Origin: a bacterium
GTDB lineage: Bacteria > Bacillota > Clostridia > Oscillospirales > CAG-272
Assembly (NCBI GenBank): GCA_004558975.1
Contig: SFZB01000003.1
Location: forward strand, 1 to 61,629
DNA length: 61,629 bases
Reading direction: 5' to 3'
The position numbers were made by a program, and so were the translations under genes. Position 1 is the first letter of the stretch, and every line of letters starts with the position of its first letter. Shown here piece after piece: positions 37,373 to 45,558 of this stretch. A model generated the notes under the pieces. The model did no database searches. It saw nothing but the letters and a program-made list of their open reading frames with translations, and had not been told where the DNA came from.

Positions 37373-38480
37373 CGTCTACCGAGAAATCACGGATGTCGAA
37401 TCCATCCTCTTCGTCGAGGGAGAAGTCCTCCTGCTGTGCCGCGCCCTTCGCCATGGCGGCGCGCACCTGCTCTTCCAGCTTGGCGAGCAGCGCAGGGTCG
37501 CTCTCGATGGCGCTGCGGGCATTGTCTTTCCCCTGCCAGCGGTTGCCGTCGTAGGAGAAGAAAGAGCCGCTCTTTTCGACGAAGCCGAAGTTCAGACCCG
37601 CGTCGAAGATTTCATTGGTCTTGGAAATGCCCTTGCCGTAGAGGATATCGAATTCCGCTACGCGGAACGGCGGCGCCACTTTGTTCTTGACGACCTTTGC
37701 CTTGGTGCGGCTGCCGTAGATCTCGCTGCCGTTCTTGAGAATCTCGCCCTTGCGGACTTCAATCCGTACGGAGGCGTAGAATTTCAGGGCGCGACCGCCG
37801 GGCGTCACCTCCGGGTTGCCGTACATGACGCCGACTTTTTCACGCAACTGGTTGATGAAGATGAGGACGCAGTTGGACTTGGAGACGGCACCGCTGAGTT
37901 TGCGGAGCGCTTGGCTCATCAGACGTGCCTGCACGCCGACGTGCGACTGTCCCATGTCGCCATCAATCTCCTGCTGGGGCACGAGCGCCGCCACGGAGTC
38001 GACGACGATGACATCGATCGCCTGGGAGTCAACGAGTCGTCCCGCAATCTCGAGCGCCTGCTCGCCGCTGTCCGGCTGGGAGATGAGCAGATCGTTGATA
38101 TTGACGCCGAGGTTCTTCGCGTAGACAGGGTCGAGCGCGTGCTCCGCGTCGATGAATGCCGCCTCACCGCCCATTTTCTGCGTTTCCGCGACGATGTGGA
38201 GGGCGACGGTGGTCTTACCGGAGGATTCCGGCCCGTAGATCTCGACGATGCGTCCGCGCGGCACGCCGCCGACCCCGAGCGCGATGTCGAGGTTCAGCGA
38301 CCCTGTCGGAATGGCGCTGACCTCCATGTGTGCGTTTTCGCCGAGGCGCATGATGGTGCCTTTGCCGAGGTCGTGTTCAATACGCGTGATAGCCGCTTCC
38401 AGAGCGGCTTTTTTATCGCCTACCGGGACGTCCGAATTTTTGGCGTTCTTGGCGGGTTTGGTGGGTTTCTTTGCTGGCAT
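37362..38480 (-). CDS. recA: recombinase RecA
   Basis: Contains [32 protein letters not shown] and [32 protein letters not shown]. Confidence 0.97.
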   Translation of the reverse strand: MPAKKPTKPAKNAKNSDVPVGDKKAALEAAITRIEHDLGKGTIMRLGENAHMEVSAIPTGSLNLDIALGVGGVPRGRIVEIYGPESSGKTTVALHIVAETQKMGGEAAFIDAEHALDPVYAKNLGVNINDLLISQPDSGEQALEIAGRLVDSQAIDVIVVDSVAALVPQQEIDGDMGQSHVGVQARLMSQALRKLSGAVSKSNCVLIFINQLREKVGVMYGNPEVTPGGRALKFYASVRIEVRKGEILKNGSEIYGSRTKAKVVKNKVAPPFRVAEFDILYGKGISKTNEIFDAGLNFGFVEKSGSFFSYDGNRWQGKDNARSAIESDPALLAKLEEQVRAAMAKGAAQQEDFSLDEEDGFDIRDFSVDDAE

Positions 38481-38527
38481 GGCGAGCCTCCTGTTTTTTC
38501 TCTATGTAGAAAGTTGGTATGCGGGGA

Positions 38528-39805
38528 TCAGAGCGCGATCTCGGTCGCGCCGACGGGGCGGACGGAGAGCATCATCACGGCGCCTGTGCCGAAGATGCTG
38601 TCCATCACGGTGCGGTAGTCTTCGGCGAGTTCCGCCTTGACGAATGCCTGGATCGTACCGGCGAAGCCGCCGCCGTGGACACGCCACGCACAGCCCTTGC
38701 CGTCGAGGAGCCCTTCGGTCACGGCGAGCGCGAGGGACAGTCCCTGCTCGGTGACGTTCTTGACGGTGAACACGTTCTGCAGATACTTGAAAGACGAGTT
38801 GCCGGACGCGATGACGAGCGCGAGGAAGGTGTCAAAGTCGCCGCGACGGAGGGCGTCCACCTGCTTTTCGACGCGGGCGTTCTCACGCAGGAAGTGCAGG
38901 GCGCGCAGAATGGCGCGATCCCCGACCGTGCCGCGCAGGATCGGAATGTTCGCGATGATGTCGCTCTCCGTCAGCCCGCGCAGGACTTCCTGCCCGAGCG
39001 CGGCGGCGACCGCCTTCATCTCGGCGGGGACAGAGGCGTAGTCCTCATTGAGGTCGGCATGGTTGCCGCCCGTGTTGACGATGCAGAGCTTATAGCCGGC
39101 GTCCGAGAGGGAGAAGGAGACGGGGGTAACGACGGGGTTCTTCGGGTCGGCGAAGTCGATCGAGAGGAAACCGCCGACGGCGCAAGCCATCTGATCCATG
39201 AGCCCGCAGGGCTTGCCGAAGTAGGCGTTTTCGGCGTACTGTGCGATCTTCGCGAGTTCCTCGTTCGCAATTTTGCCGTCGTTGTAGAGATAATTCATGA
39301 TATTCCCGCACTGCACCTCAAATGCGGCGGAGGAGGAGATCCCGGAGCCTTTCAGCACCTCGGTCGTGGTATAGGCGTCGTAGCCGCCGATCGCGTACCC
39401 GCGGTCGAGGAACCCGCGGCAGGTGCCGGCGAGCAGCGCGCAGGAGGAAAACGGCTTGAACGCTTTCGGGTCGCCCGCCTGTTCGATGGCGACGGTATCT
39501 TCGGGATAGCCCTCGGACTTGATGCGCACGACGCCGTCCTCGTTCTTCGCGGCGACGGCGATGATGTCGCGGTCGATGGCGCCGGCGAGGACTTCACCGT
39601 GGTTGTGGTCGGTGTGGTTGCCGCTGATCTCGCTTCTGCCGGGGACGGAGAAGAGGCGGATGTCACGGTCGTTACCGTACAGGGCGCAGAAAGCGTCGAT
39701 GGCGGCGATATACCGTTTCGCCTGTGCGGCAAGGTCGGTGTAGAGGTGAGCGTAGGCGTCGAGTGCCCCGGCGGCGATCCGGGCTTTCAGTTCGTTGGCT
39801 TGCAT
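38528..39805 (-). CDS. galK: galactokinase (GHMP kinase)
   Basis: Contains the GRSEISGNHTDHNHG signature and the GHMP motif GSGISSSAA. 425 aa. Confidence 0.88.
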   Translation of the reverse strand: MQANELKARIAAGALDAYAHLYTDLAAQAKRYIAAIDAFCALYGNDRDIRLFSVPGRSEISGNHTDHNHGEVLAGAIDRDIIAVAAKNEDGVVRIKSEGYPEDTVAIEQAGDPKAFKPFSSCALLAGTCRGFLDRGYAIGGYDAYTTTEVLKGSGISSSAAFEVQCGNIMNYLYNDGKIANEELAKIAQYAENAYFGKPCGLMDQMACAVGGFLSIDFADPKNPVVTPVSFSLSDAGYKLCIVNTGGNHADLNEDYASVPAEMKAVAAALGQEVLRGLTESDIIANIPILRGTVGDRAILRALHFLRENARVEKQVDALRRGDFDTFLALVIASGNSSFKYLQNVFTVKNVTEQGLSLALAVTEGLLDGKGCAWRVHGGGFAGTIQAFVKAELAEDYRTVMDSIFGTGAVMMLSVRPVGATEIAL

Positions 39806-39903
39806 AGATATGGGCTCTCCTTTAAGGATATTAGTTTATGTGAGGAAATGTCATGGCGTCGGGCACCGCCGGATGCGTGCGTTTACCGTATGCCGCGACC
39901 GTT

Positions 39904-40893
39904 TCAGGCGAGGAAGGCACGGACAGCGGGCAGGAGCGCCTCTGCCATCGCCTCCGGCGTTTTGCCGTCCGCCTCGACGGGGAGCACGCCCGGCATCCGG
40001 CGGAAATAGGTGAGTTGCCGTTTGGCGTACCGGCGGGTCGCGCGCTTCAGCGCTTCGACGGCGTCCGCCAGCGTACAGATACCCTCCAGATACGGGAGCA
40101 GTTCTTTATAGCCGATTGCGGCGGCGGCGGTCGCGTTCTTCGCAAACACGCCCGCGTCGCGGAGCCGTTCGGTCTCCCCGACGAGCCCTTCCGCCATCAT
40201 GGCGTCCACGCGCGCGTCGATGCGGGCGTAGAGCGCTTCGCGGTCGCGAAAGACGGGTTCGATGATGAAGAGGGAAAGCGCGGGATTCTCCGTCGGCGCC
40301 TCGCGGTCGAGGTCGGTCTTGGTTTTCCCGCTCGAAAGATAGATCTCCAGCGCGCGGATGACGCGGTGGACGTTATTCGGATGGGTCGCGGCGGCGGCAT
40401 CCGGATCGATGTCGGCGAGCCGCCGATAGAGGGCGAGCCGCCCCTCGGGCGTCTGTGCCTGCCGCTGCAGATCCGCACGCAGCACGGGATCCGGCGGCGG
40501 GGTCGCCGCGGTGTGGCGCCCGGTGCGGACGGCGTCGAGGTAAAGTCCCGTACCGCCGCAGAAGATCGGGAGTTTCCCCCGTCCGTGAATGTCGTGCACC
40601 GCCGCCATGGCGGCGTCCGCGTAATCCGAGGCGGAGAAAGAGACGGTGGGGTCGATGCAGTCAACGAGGTGATGAGGGCAGACTGCCCGCTCCCGTGCGG
40701 TGGGTTTCGCCGTCCCGATATCCATGCCGCGATAGACCTGCATGGAGTCGCAGACGATGATCTCGGCGTCGAGCCGTTCGGCGAGTGCGAGGGAGAGCGC
40801 CGTTTTCCCCGACGCGGTGGGGCCGATGACGGCGAGCGTCCGGATCGGGGACGGTTGCGCGCGATCTGTGAATTGCGGTTGATTTTCCGTCAT
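39904..40893 (-). CDS. miaA: tRNA dimethylallyltransferase
   Basis: Contains GPTASGKTALSLALAERL..IVCDSMQVYRGMDIGTAKPT. Confidence 0.9.
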   Translation of the reverse strand: MTENQPQFTDRAQPSPIRTLAVIGPTASGKTALSLALAERLDAEIIVCDSMQVYRGMDIGTAKPTARERAVCPHHLVDCIDPTVSFSASDYADAAMAAVHDIHGRGKLPIFCGGTGLYLDAVRTGRHTAATPPPDPVLRADLQRQAQTPEGRLALYRRLADIDPDAAAATHPNNVHRVIRALEIYLSSGKTKTDLDREAPTENPALSLFIIEPVFRDREALYARIDARVDAMMAEGLVGETERLRDAGVFAKNATAAAAIGYKELLPYLEGICTLADAVEALKRATRRYAKRQLTYFRRMPGVLPVEADGKTPEAMAEALLPAVRAFLA

Positions 40894-41825
40894 CGGATGC
40901 GGTTGCTCTTGATGAAGGCGTCGACTTCCTCCCGCGTGGGGAGAGAGGCGACGGTACCGGCGCGCGCGACGGCGAGCGCCCCGACGGCACCTGCGTACTT
41001 TGCGGCGGCGGTCATGTTGCCGCGGCTGCGGAGATATTCCAGCGCGAGGGCGGCGAAATACGCCTCGGGCGCGCCGGCGTTGTCGAGTGCCTTGACGGGC
41101 ACGGGGCTGACCATGGAGAAATGACGGCCGTCAAAGAGGAACGTCCCGCGGTCGCCCATATGGACGGCGTAGAAGCGGGAGGCGACGGTCTTGGAGAGGG
41201 AGAGCAGGGCGCGGAGCGCCGCGTCGCTGCCGTTCGGGCGAATGCCCGTCAGTGCCTCGATCTCGGTATCGCTCAGGCACACGATGTCCATCTGCGGCAG
41301 TTTAGCAAACGGGAAATCGGCTCTCACCGGGGAGAGGTGCAGGAACATGGGCAGGTGCTTTTCGGCACCGCGCGCCGCCGCTTCGAGAATTGTCTCTTCC
41401 GCAAGGTCTAGGTGCAGGCAGAGCGCCTCCGGCTGGGTGGCGAACGCCGCATCCAGATTGTCGCGGGTCAGATTGCTGTTGGCGGCAGGGTAGCAGACGG
41501 TGCGGACAGCGCCGCCGTCCGCGAGGAGCAGACGCAGCCCCGTCGCCGAGCGTGCGTCCGCGATGATCGGTGAGGTATCGACCCCCGCCTCGGAGAGCAG
41601 GGCGTACAGCCGCTGCCCCTCGACGTCCTGCCCGAGACGGCAGGACAGAGCCGATTTCGCGCCCAGTCGCGCGAGCGCAACGGCGCAGTTGACGCCTTGC
41701 CCGTCCGCGAGCCATACGGCGGACAGGTCATTGACGGTGACGGTCTCTCCCGGCGCGGGGATACCCGGCGCACGAAACAGTATATCCATGTAGGCAGGGC
41801 CTACGGTCAGAATTTTGGGATCCAT
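40890..41825 (-). CDS. PfkB-family carbohydrate kinase (ribokinase-like)
   Basis: 311 aa. The C-terminal motif DNAGAPEAYFAALAL resembles the PfkB DTxGAGD region. There is an ATGA overlap with miaA. Confidence 0.75.
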   Translation of the reverse strand: MDPKILTVGPAYMDILFRAPGIPAPGETVTVNDLSAVWLADGQGVNCAVALARLGAKSALSCRLGQDVEGQRLYALLSEAGVDTSPIIADARSATGLRLLLADGGAVRTVCYPAANSNLTRDNLDAAFATQPEALCLHLDLAEETILEAAARGAEKHLPMFLHLSPVRADFPFAKLPQMDIVCLSDTEIEALTGIRPNGSDAALRALLSLSKTVASRFYAVHMGDRGTFLFDGRHFSMVSPVPVKALDNAGAPEAYFAALALEYLRSRGNMTAAAKYAGAVGALAVARAGTVASLPTREEVDAFIKSNRIR

Positions 41826-41944
41826 GATACCTCCTTCGGTCAGAGTGGGGCACAGGACGCGCCCTTTCGGTATGGGATGGCGGGGCCGCTACGGGGGAGC
41901 GCACCGCGAGCGTCAAAAGTCATACGGGGGAAAATCGGGGAAAG

Positions 41945-41974
41945 TGTCGGACGGTCGGGACGGTCGGGACGGTC
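41945..41974. repeat. short tandem repeat, about 3 x 9 bp (ACGGTCGGG)
   Basis: Reads gtcgg-acggtcggg-acggtcggg-acggtcaaa, in the gap between the SMC-like ATPase stop and the PfkB start. Confidence 0.7.
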
Positions 41975-42020
41975 AAACAGTCGGATCGTCCGATTGTCCC
42001 ACAGGCGGGCGATGAAACGG

Positions 42021-44327
42021 TCAGACCATGCGAATCAGGTTGCAGGCACCGCCGATCTCGCGGGCGACGGTGTATTCCCGCCCGCGGCAGGTAAAGACAA
42101 AGGTCTGCATACCGTCGCGCTCGGAGAGGGCGGAGAACACCTTCAGCATCGCGTAGCAACGGTCGTTGTCCTGGTGGGCGAAGCTCTCGTCGAAGCAGAC
42201 GGGCGGCATCTCGCGGAAGAGCAGACGCACGAGCGAGAGACGCAGGGCGATATAGGCGATGTCGCGCGTGCCGCCAGAGAGGACGTCGACGCTCCGTGTC
42301 GCACCGGCGCCGGGGAAGGTCATCGTCAGGTCATCGCCGACGGTCATGGCGGTGTATTTACCGTCCGTCATGATGTCAACCAGTTCTTTCGCGTAGTGCG
42401 CGAGGCGCGGCGACAGTTCTGCCCGCAGACGGAGGTCGGCGCCGGTCAGGGCGCTCAGCGCCGTGTCGAGGGCGGTATAACGGCGGCGGAGCTCCGCCAG
42501 TTCGTTTTCTGCGGCGGAGAGCTGTTCACCGACCTCTGCCGGGATTTCGGTCTCGGTGTGGAGCGTCTCCATCGCCTGTCGGATGCCTTCGGCGGAGTCC
42601 GTGAAATACTGCAGCTGTTCGGTGTAATAGGCGATGCCCTCGTCGATCTGCTCCGGGGTCATCTCCGAGAGGGTGGCGCGCAGTCGCTCCGAGAGAGTGG
42701 CGCGCAGGGCGTTCTCGTCACAGGAGGCGAGCGTGGTCTTCAGGATCCCGGCGGTGTTCAGGAGCGCCGCGCGGCGCTCCGTGAGTTCCCGATCGGTCTG
42801 TATCACGTCGCGGACGGAACCTTCAAAAATCCCGAGAAATTCTTCGGCGTCACCGGCGGCGGGGAGCGCTTTCCCCCAGAGGGCGAGCGCCTCGTCGAGC
42901 ACACCGCGCGCCGTGAAGTAGGCACCGCGAGTGTCGTCCGCACGTTCCCGTGCGGCGCGCAGGGCGTCCACATGGGCGGCGGCGGAAACGCGGTATTCCG
43001 AGACAAGTTTCATGCGGGCGCGCAGTTCCGCGGCGCCGCGGGCGCCATAGTCGAGACAGTAGGCGCGCTCGGTCTCGTGACGGTTGATGGTGAGCAGGGT
43101 CAGGACGACCGCGCCTACGAACAGTACAATGGAGCCGATGAGCCAGAGGACGAACGGCGCCCCTGTGAGCGACGACGCAAGGAAGCGCGAGATACCGACG
43201 GCGAGCAGAATGGCGAGTAGGACAGTCACCCCGAGGGTGGAACCGAGCAGGACCAGGAACTTCGAGTGCAGCGCCGCGTGGCGCGCGAGCACCTGTCCCT
43301 CGCCGCCGTATTTATCGGTGCGCTGAATATTCTTCTGTACATCATGCGGCACAGCCTGCTTGCTTTCCAGCTCGCGCTGTGCGTTATCCGCCGCTTCGTA
43401 GGCGGTGCGGCTCTCGGAGAAAAGCCGATGCTTGACTGCGAGGTCGGCGGCGTAGGTGTCGTCCGGGAAGAAGCCCTCATAGGAGTTGCGCTCCCGGTGG
43501 TCGCGGATCTCTTCTTCGAGATCTGCCGCCTGCCGCTCCATGGTGTGGAGTTCCTCGAAGGAGGAGAGGATCAGGTGGTTGCGGTACCCGATCTTGAGTT
43601 CCTGGGTGCGGGCTAGTTGCTTTTTTGCGTCGTCACGCTTGACGACGGTGCGCTCGTATTCGCCGCGGAGGCGGAGCAGTTCACTCTGCCCGCGCATGGC
43701 GGCGGAAAAGCGGGAAGCGAGAGCGGCGGAGCGCGCCTCCACGTCGCGGAGCCGCCCGGACTTACCGTCCGGAGCGAGCAGGGAATCCCGCGCGGCGCTC
43801 AGCCGTTCAATGGCGGCGCCGGTATTGATTTTCTCGTCGCCGGAGAACATCAGGTTCTCGATTGACTCGCGTACCTCGTCACCGGTCTTGCCGTCCGAGA
43901 GTTGCCCGAGGAAGGCAGTCGATTCATAGAGCGACCGACCCACGCCGAGCAGGGCCTCGCCCGGGGTCATACCGAAGTTCACGGGGCGGGAGGTGCCGAG
44001 ATCCGTTACCTCACAGGTCTCGGTGTAGCGCACGGCGTCCCCCTCGCCGTGCCTTGCGACCCGGCGGTCGATGCGGTAACGCCCGGAGGCGGTCGAGAGG
44101 GTCATCGACCCCTCTGCCGTGCCGGTCTGCCAGTTGATGCGCTTTTCCCGCTCGGAAAGCAGTCCCTCGCTCTCGTCGAAGCCGTAGAGCATAAAGCGGA
44201 TAAAGGCGGCGAGGGTGGTTTTCCCCGTCTCGTTCCCGCCCTCGACGATATTCAGCCCGTTTTCAAAATTCACGGTGTAGTTGCGGAGCAGTCCGAAACT
44301 GCGAACGCTGACCTGTTCTAGTTTCAT
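42021..44327 (-). CDS. Rad50/SbcC/YhaN-like ABC-type ATPase with central transmembrane hairpin
   Basis: 768 aa from ATG 44327. Walker A GGNETGKT (44214-44240). Long charged helical arms. Two adjacent hydrophobic helices (43085-43262). LSGG signature (42270-42281). Walker B VCFDE (42186-42200). Confidence 0.8.
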   Translation of the reverse strand: MKLEQVSVRSFGLLRNYTVNFENGLNIVEGGNETGKTTLAAFIRFMLYGFDESEGLLSEREKRINWQTGTAEGSMTLSTASGRYRIDRRVARHGEGDAVRYTETCEVTDLGTSRPVNFGMTPGEALLGVGRSLYESTAFLGQLSDGKTGDEVRESIENLMFSGDEKINTGAAIERLSAARDSLLAPDGKSGRLRDVEARSAALASRFSAAMRGQSELLRLRGEYERTVVKRDDAKKQLARTQELKIGYRNHLILSSFEELHTMERQAADLEEEIRDHRERNSYEGFFPDDTYAADLAVKHRLFSESRTAYEAADNAQRELESKQAVPHDVQKNIQRTDKYGGEGQVLARHAALHSKFLVLLGSTLGVTVLLAILLAVGISRFLASSLTGAPFVLWLIGSIVLFVGAVVLTLLTINRHETERAYCLDYGARGAAELRARMKLVSEYRVSAAAHVDALRAARERADDTRGAYFTARGVLDEALALWGKALPAAGDAEEFLGIFEGSVRDVIQTDRELTERRAALLNTAGILKTTLASCDENALRATLSERLRATLSEMTPEQIDEGIAYYTEQLQYFTDSAEGIRQAMETLHTETEIPAEVGEQLSAAENELAELRRRYTALDTALSALTGADLRLRAELSPRLAHYAKELVDIMTDGKYTAMTVGDDLTMTFPGAGATRSVDVLSGGTRDIAYIALRLSLVRLLFREMPPVCFDESFAHQDNDRCYAMLKVFSALSERDGMQTFVFTCRGREYTVAREIGGACNLIRMV

Positions 44328-45040
44328 TTGCGTTTTCCTTCCTTTGCACAGGCGTCCTCCGCCGCGAGGAAGCCGACCGTGCGTTCGATCGCGTCTTTTG
44401 CGTCGTACCACGGCTCCCCGTCATAGCGGTAATCGAATTTTTTACAGAACCAACTGACGTCTCCCCGCAGTTTTTCGAGGTACGTCTTCACGGTGTCCGA
44501 CATCGTGCGGTAAAACAGTGCGTATGTCTTTTTGGAAAGGCGCGCCCGTCCGACTTCGGTGAGGCGGCGGAAGTGCGGGAGACAGTAGCGCTTCTGCTCT
44601 CCGAAGAGGGTACGAAATTCCGGCTCGCTCTCAAAAAGCAGGGCGACCGTTTCGAGCATACGGGAGAGCGAGGCTTCAATGCGGCTGCAGATATAGCAGG
44701 AGTGTTCGAGCGCGGTCAGCCGCTTGACCGGTTTGTCGCCCGGGGTACCGATGAGACCGTCCGCGAGCATGCCCTCGACTTCGGCGAGATGCGATTCCAG
44801 CATCAGGGCGAAAGGGAGACGGTTCTGCCGCGTGAGCATCTTGCCGAAATGGCGGGCACAGAACCCTTCTTCGTTGGTGCGGATGCGTACCGATGGCTCC
44901 ATCATGGCGGCGCCGAGGATACGATCGAGTTCATCGTCCTCGAGCTTGCGGTAGAGCGTGCAGATCGGGCAGGCGCCGAGCGGTTCTTCGCGGCAGGCGC
45001 GGAACGCCTCGTTAACGGGTATGGTGTAGATCTGCTCCAT
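44324..45040 (-). CDS. Cys-rich hypothetical protein with two CxxC...CxxHF modules (possibly DUF6062-like)
   Basis: 238 aa from ATG 45040 (RBS gagaggag). Modules are C24xxC27-33aa-C61xxH64F and C115xxC118-34aa-C153xxH156F. The stop TGA overlaps the ATG of the ATPase (ATGA). Confidence 0.75.
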   Translation of the reverse strand: MEQIYTIPVNEAFRACREEPLGACPICTLYRKLEDDELDRILGAAMMEPSVRIRTNEEGFCARHFGKMLTRQNRLPFALMLESHLAEVEGMLADGLIGTPGDKPVKRLTALEHSCYICSRIEASLSRMLETVALLFESEPEFRTLFGEQKRYCLPHFRRLTEVGRARLSKKTYALFYRTMSDTVKTYLEKLRGDVSWFCKKFDYRYDGEPWYDAKDAIERTVGFLAAEDACAKEGKRK

Positions 45041-45163
45041 GGCGGCTCCTCTCGATTGGTTCCGGTGTTTTCCGGGGCAGTCGGCAATCCTGTGTGCCAT
45101 TCGCGGGTTCGCGGGCGCGGAGCGCGCGACGCGAAAATATACAAGACGCGACTATACAAAAGT

Positions 45164-45192
45164 ATTATATCGCACGTATTACAGTTTTGCAA
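45164..45192 (-). promoter_or_regulatory. sigma-A-type promoter for the Cys-rich/ATPase pair
   Basis: The minus strand reads TTGCAA (45187-45192), 17-nt spacer, TATAAT (45164-45169). Confidence 0.6.
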
Positions 45193-45402
45193 GAGGAGAA
45201 AACCAAAATCAGGGCAGACATTTGACTTTTTTCGCGGGCAAATATTCGCGCGGGAGCATTCGTTGGTGATGGCATGCGGGGCTTCGCGGACACGCGCTCT
45301 GCCGCACCGCCCGCGGACGCTCGACGCGAAATGACGACGGTAAGCACGGGGAGCGGCGCCGTCGAGTCTCGCCGTCGGGCGGCAATAGGAGTGAAAGACG
45401 CG

Positions 45403-45441
45403 ATAAAAAACAGAGAGGAGCCAAGAAAACCGGGCTCCTCT
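45403..45441 (-). terminator. intrinsic terminator after infB
   Basis: The minus strand reads agaggagcc-10 nt-ggctcctct, followed by ctgtttttta. Confidence 0.75.
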
Positions 45442-45558
45442 TTGTGATATTCGGTTAGATGGGCGCTTTTGCCCGGGGATTTTCTTGGAAGTGTTCCCGC
45501 GTGGAAACGCCGCCGCGAGAGTCGGGCGTGATTGCCGCCCCCGAGCGTCCTCCGCAGA

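Noticed and set aside
38519-43220. Plus-strand ORFs of 496 aa (38519-40009), 423 aa (39853-41124) and 507 aa (41697-43220).
   Set aside because: They are antisense to galK, miaA, the PfkB kinase and the SMC-like ATPase. They have no motifs and no RBS.
45193-45402. A possible small RNA or small ORF in the 518-bp gap between infB and the Cys-rich gene, including the track's 71-aa and 142-aa minus-strand ORFs.
   Set aside because: The ORFs have no RBS and are P/R/S-rich. I saw no promoter/terminator pair defining a separate transcript other than the infB terminator and the downstream promoter.
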